A stretch of DNA of 20,000 nt from an uncultured virus (IMG/VR IMGVR_UViG_3300000243_000001) (taxonomy: Duplodnaviria > Heunggongvirae > Uroviricota > Caudoviricetes): IMG/VR virus record IMGVR_UViG_3300000243_000001; one strand, 5' to 3'. Position numbers and translations under genes: made by a program. This document shows positions 16,197 through 20,000 of the stretch, piece by piece. Every line of letters starts with the position of its first letter. Position 1 is the stretch's first letter. The notes beneath the pieces were generated by a model, which saw only the letters and a list, made by a program, of their open reading frames with translations, was not told where the DNA came from and searched no databases.

Positions 16197-19100
16197 ATGG
16201 ATTATCGAATTGGAATTCAAATTCTTAGTTACAATAAGCCTAAATACTTAGCACAGACCTTAGCTTCATTAATCGAACATAAAGGTCCTAAGGATAAGAT
16301 TATAGTTTTTGAACAATCTACAGATAAAGACGTTAGACAAGAAGGGTTAGCTATATGTAAAGAATATGATGATATTCAAGTTATTCTTTCAACCGATAAC
16401 CTAGGTCAACGTGGTGCTACCAATAAAGTTATTGAGACTGGTTTCTTTGATAACTGCGAATATGTTATGCTAACAGATCACGATAACCTATTCCATCAAT
16501 CATTGGATATTTATGTAGATGTATTGAAGGCAAAACCTTTAATATGGGTTGCTACTGGGTATAACTCTCCGGAGCATGATATTGAGAATAAAGATGGTGC
16601 GTGGTTATTAAAGACTACTGCCAGAGCTGGACATATGGTTCTTCGTCAAGTGGATTTTATGTCATTAACTCCACTAGATGAGAAAGCTGGCCTTGATAAC
16701 GGATGTGCTTGGTTTGCTGGATTGGATTGGTTAATTACTCATTGGCACGTTAACTCACCTGGTCTTAAACGATTTGAGACTATCGCTTCGTATCCAGGTG
16801 GTGTTGAACATATTGGTCGTGAGAGTACATGGCAAGGTAAGTATGACGATGAGTATACCGTTGAGGAGAATCTTAAGTTTAGAAACTCTTCTATGGAGGA
16901 TATTGTAAAATGGTACATACCTCGACATACATATCAAGAAGGGAAGTATTGGTATGAGAAAGTTATACCTACAATTGTTGAATCTACTCCAACTGGTGAT
17001 GATTCTATTATCAAAGCTTTATTTAAGTCTACGTTTAATAAAGATGTATCTGATTCTGATTTGAATGTTATATCGAAGTTTATCGATGCGTCAGAAACAT
17101 TGATTCCGATAGTTGTTTCATGCTCCCATTATTATTCACCAGATCTTGAAGAAGACGATTATATGTATTCTCGAGATATACTTGGTCTGGAACGATGGCG
17201 CCAACGTATTCGTAAGAATATCGGTAACCATCCTATCATTGTGTTCGATGATGGTACAGATCCCAAGCATCTTGATCGTATATTGAATAATATTGATGAA
17301 CCTGCTGATATTCGGTATATTGATAATGATACTGATGATGCTGACTATGTTCCATTTGATAATAATTTTGTTATATATAGCTTCACGAAACATCTTGGTC
17401 GTATTGTTGGTGGTCATTTTAAAGGATGGTATCGTAGTTATAAAGCTGCATTAAGTATTGAATGTAGACAATTATTTTATATTGAGAAGGATTTGTTATT
17501 GAATATCAGTGATGATACTATCAATACTAATTTCGATAGATTTATTACTGGTTCACATCCACAAGGTATTGAATCTTGTTTACAGATAATGTCTCATGTT
17601 CATCGTGAACTGTTGCTTGATAAATATAACGATGAGAATGCATTCAATCCAGAGAACGACATTGAGTATATTATTGGTGAGAATGATTTATACATCATCC
17701 CTGGTATTCGTGCTGATGAATCTGATGTTAAATTCGAAATGAGTGACAATAGTTTCATCGCGAACCCATCTAATAATCATGTTGCTAAGTTCGATGGTGT
17801 CCTTGGATCCGGTATAGTTGCATTTAACTATATCTGGCCTAGTTATGGTGATGTCTTCTTGGAACAAAGTATTCGGAGTATAATCGAATATGTTGATGAG
17901 TACATTATATTTTTAACTAAGTATTCATATATTGGTACCGAATGTGACCCGAACCTATATCAACGAGTTAAAGATGTATGTGCATCGATTGGTGTTAAGA
18001 ACATTCGTGTTGTTGAGATTACTGATCCGGAAACATGTGCTCTAGCCAAATCTAAGAATGTTGAACATTATTTTCGTAAAGTTGTTGATTTTTATATGGA
18101 TAATGATCACATTAAATATGTTTGGATGGTACAATCCGACGAAGTATATGATGATGTTGCATGTAATGAGATCATTAATTGGTGTAGGTCTGGAGATATT
18201 GAGCATTGTTTAGCAATACAAGCCAAGTGTTATTTTGGATCACCACAGTGGGCAGTACATCCGATGGAACGTTTCGATCGACCTACTGTAGTTCGTAAAC
18301 GTAAAGATCTAAGTTTTCATGATCGTATAGTTAGAACAGATGTACATTTTAATCATTATTCGTACGTATTAACTCCAGCTGAGCTTGACATTAAGCTATC
18401 TAACTGGGGTCATCGTAATGATATTGATAAGAATGAGTTCATGGAGACATTCGATGACTTAAAGTCGAATAAGCATACTCGTGATCTACATCCGATCCAT
18501 CCACCAACATATGAAAGTGTTGTGTTCGACGATAGTGAGTTAGCTAAAGCAAACTTTCGATTTTGGTTACAGTCTAATTGTAGTACTATTAAAGGGGTTG
18601 TTCACTTCATTCAAGATAACTTAATGTCTGATATTGAGACAACTTATTATTATACCAATACAGATCCATTAGGACTATCGACTGTTAATACCGGTAATAT
18701 GGTTGCCATCGTTGATGATTATGATACGTATCTTGATATCTATAAGTATAGTGATCACAATGTTCATTTTGGATCATTGAATCATGGATTGCAGTTTATT
18801 GAACAAGAGTCCATTGGGTTGTTTATATATCATTTAGATGTTGAAGGTGATGCTCGATCAATTCAAGATGACCTTGTTAATATATACAGTAAGCTTATTA
18901 ATTTTGGTTGGGGTTGTGTTATTTATAAAACGGATAGCACTATTCTTGATCAACTTCGAATTATACTTAAAGATCGACAGATAGCCGATAAGTTTGATCA
19001 GAAATTCGGTTTTAAGTTTCGTGAACTTGATTACAATGTCATTGATATTGGTGAGTATTCTGTATGTTTATTCAATGTTAACTTGAATAATCCAGTTCTC

Positions 19101-19967
19101 GATTCAATTATCGACGAACGAGTTATATTTGGACCATTTGTTGGTGAATTCGGTTGGGAATTAACTCGCTGGGCACCGATGGTTAATATGTTTAAGCAAC
19201 GCAATCCTGATGTCGATGTATGTATTGCTACAGATAAAGATAGTTTCGGATTATACACTAGTGCCGATCATACATATGCTATATCTGTACCCGACGATAC
19301 TCGAGATGGGTTTCGTAATACTGGACTTACACAAAAGGTAGTTAATCGAATTATCGAGGATATGAAGTCCGTATTTCCTGGATATCGAGTTGTATCTCCA
19401 GATGACTTTGATCCGGTACTTAATGTATTCTCATGGGAAGATAGATATGTTCATTTTAATACCAATCATTCTCTTGAAGAGCGTATTTCTGTTAACTCTG
19501 AATTGATATCGATAGCGATATCTTCAAGATATATTGAGAATAAAGCTCGTAACTGGTCGCGGGATAACTGGGAAACGTTTTATCAACTCATCAACAGTTC
19601 TAATAAGTATTTTGCATATGTTGTCGGTAAATCTCCAACGATCGTTAAGTTCGAAGCCGGTCGATTTAAAAGAATTGTATATGTTGAGGATCTGGTTACT
19701 CCAGATCATACTTTGATTGATGTTACGATAGCCGCATTACGTCTCAGTTGTGTAACAATTGGGCAGCAGTCTTCTTTACCAATCTTATCTCAATTTGTTG
19801 AAACTCCAACAATCATGTTTGGGCACCGTAAATATCGAAATATGAACTTCGATAACCCTAGAAATGTACGAAAAGGATTTATCGAGAGTCCAAATTATGA
19901 TATTGACCCAGTGAAACTGTATACCTACATGGATAACTTTATATCGAAACTAGAAGGCACAATATGA
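16197..19967 (+). CDS. Multidomain glycosyltransferase: three GT-A/GT2-like domains, a degenerate SAM-methyltransferase-like segment and a C-terminal GT-B/GT9-like domain
   Basis: D1: IQILSYNKPKYLAQTLASL...NLGQRGATN...YVMLTDHD. D2 (from about 17103): IIVFDDGT...HLGR...GWYRSY...FYIEKD. D3 (from about 17811): FLEQSIRSIIEYVDEYII...WMVQSDEVY...HYSYV. D4 (weak): ESIGLFIYHLD...IQDDLVNIYSKL..FGWGCVI. D5 (from about 19116): GPFVGEFGWEL...RNWSRDNW...TIGQQSSLPILSQFVETPTIMFG. SD gaggg. Confidence 0.72.
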   Translation: MDYRIGIQILSYNKPKYLAQTLASLIEHKGPKDKIIVFEQSTDKDVRQEGLAICKEYDDIQVILSTDNLGQRGATNKVIETGFFDNCEYVMLTDHDNLFHQSLDIYVDVLKAKPLIWVATGYNSPEHDIENKDGAWLLKTTARAGHMVLRQVDFMSLTPLDEKAGLDNGCAWFAGLDWLITHWHVNSPGLKRFETIASYPGGVEHIGRESTWQGKYDDEYTVEENLKFRNSSMEDIVKWYIPRHTYQEGKYWYEKVIPTIVESTPTGDDSIIKALFKSTFNKDVSDSDLNVISKFIDASETLIPIVVSCSHYYSPDLEEDDYMYSRDILGLERWRQRIRKNIGNHPIIVFDDGTDPKHLDRILNNIDEPADIRYIDNDTDDADYVPFDNNFVIYSFTKHLGRIVGGHFKGWYRSYKAALSIECRQLFYIEKDLLLNISDDTINTNFDRFITGSHPQGIESCLQIMSHVHRELLLDKYNDENAFNPENDIEYIIGENDLYIIPGIRADESDVKFEMSDNSFIANPSNNHVAKFDGVLGSGIVAFNYIWPSYGDVFLEQSIRSIIEYVDEYIIFLTKYSYIGTECDPNLYQRVKDVCASIGVKNIRVVEITDPETCALAKSKNVEHYFRKVVDFYMDNDHIKYVWMVQSDEVYDDVACNEIINWCRSGDIEHCLAIQAKCYFGSPQWAVHPMERFDRPTVVRKRKDLSFHDRIVRTDVHFNHYSYVLTPAELDIKLSNWGHRNDIDKNEFMETFDDLKSNKHTRDLHPIHPPTYESVVFDDSELAKANFRFWLQSNCSTIKGVVHFIQDNLMSDIETTYYYTNTDPLGLSTVNTGNMVAIVDDYDTYLDIYKYSDHNVHFGSLNHGLQFIEQESIGLFIYHLDVEGDARSIQDDLVNIYSKLINFGWGCVIYKTDSTILDQLRIILKDRQIADKFDQKFGFKFRELDYNVIDIGEYSVCLFNVNLNNPVLDSIIDERVIFGPFVGEFGWELTRWAPMVNMFKQRNPDVDVCIATDKDSFGLYTSADHTYAISVPDDTRDGFRNTGLTQKVVNRIIEDMKSVFPGYRVVSPDDFDPVLNVFSWEDRYVHFNTNHSLEERISVNSELISIAISSRYIENKARNWSRDNWETFYQLINSSNKYFAYVVGKSPTIVKFEAGRFKRIVYVEDLVTPDHTLIDVTIAALRLSCVTIGQQSSLPILSQFVETPTIMFGHRKYRNMNFDNPRNVRKGFIESPNYDIDPVKLYTYMDNFISKLEGTI

Positions 19968-20000
19968 AACCAACAGTTTTAACTATTGGAGATAAAGCTC
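19964..20000 (+). CDS. Start of next gene (MKPTVLTIGDKA...), truncated by the window edge
   Basis: ATGA overlap with the stop of the large GT gene, gaagg upstream, and the frame is open to the window end. Confidence 0.6.
   Translation, partial: MKPTVLTIGDKA

Noticed and set aside
438..19716. Short alternative-frame and minus-strand ORFs (60-105 aa) in the ORF track
   Set aside because: All lie within or largely overlap long + strand genes and have no recognisable motifs. They are best explained as shadows of codon bias.
884..19967. Cellular LPS/capsule biosynthesis locus or eukaryotic giant-virus origin
   Set aside because: There are no flippase, polymerase, transporter or membrane proteins and no evident signal peptides. 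SD-led, overlapping genes indicate prokaryotic translation, and the context is fibre-like structural genes.
1..20000. Complete diversity-generating retroelement within the window
   Set aside because: There is no reverse transcriptase ORF, no intergenic space for a template repeat, and no adenine-specific repeat pair was seen.

Overview
AT-rich, gene-dense window with every credible gene on the + strand. It looks like the fibre/receptor-binding region of a large tailed prokaryotic virus. This is inferred from gene content, SD motifs and tight gene coupling, since no capsid, terminase or host marker lies in the window. In order it holds: the 3' end of a Thr-rich, Pro-free collagen-like fibre gene; a GT9-like glycosyltransferase; seven consecutive paralogous fibre/adhesin genes built from shared modules (N-terminal module, LamG/ConA-like domain, 'LP' beta-domain, variable aromatic-rich C-terminal domains); a U32-family Fe-S protein; a coiled-coil protein; a 1256-aa protein that appears to fuse four glycosyltransferase domains and a degenerate methyltransferase-like domain; and the start of a further gene. 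The best candidate for an undescribed system is a virus-encoded virion glycosylation/modification module (about five GT domains plus a U32 enzyme) flanking a modular, recombining array of lectin-like fibres with many Ser/Thr acceptor-like motifs. All family assignments are by eye from motifs, not from database searches.
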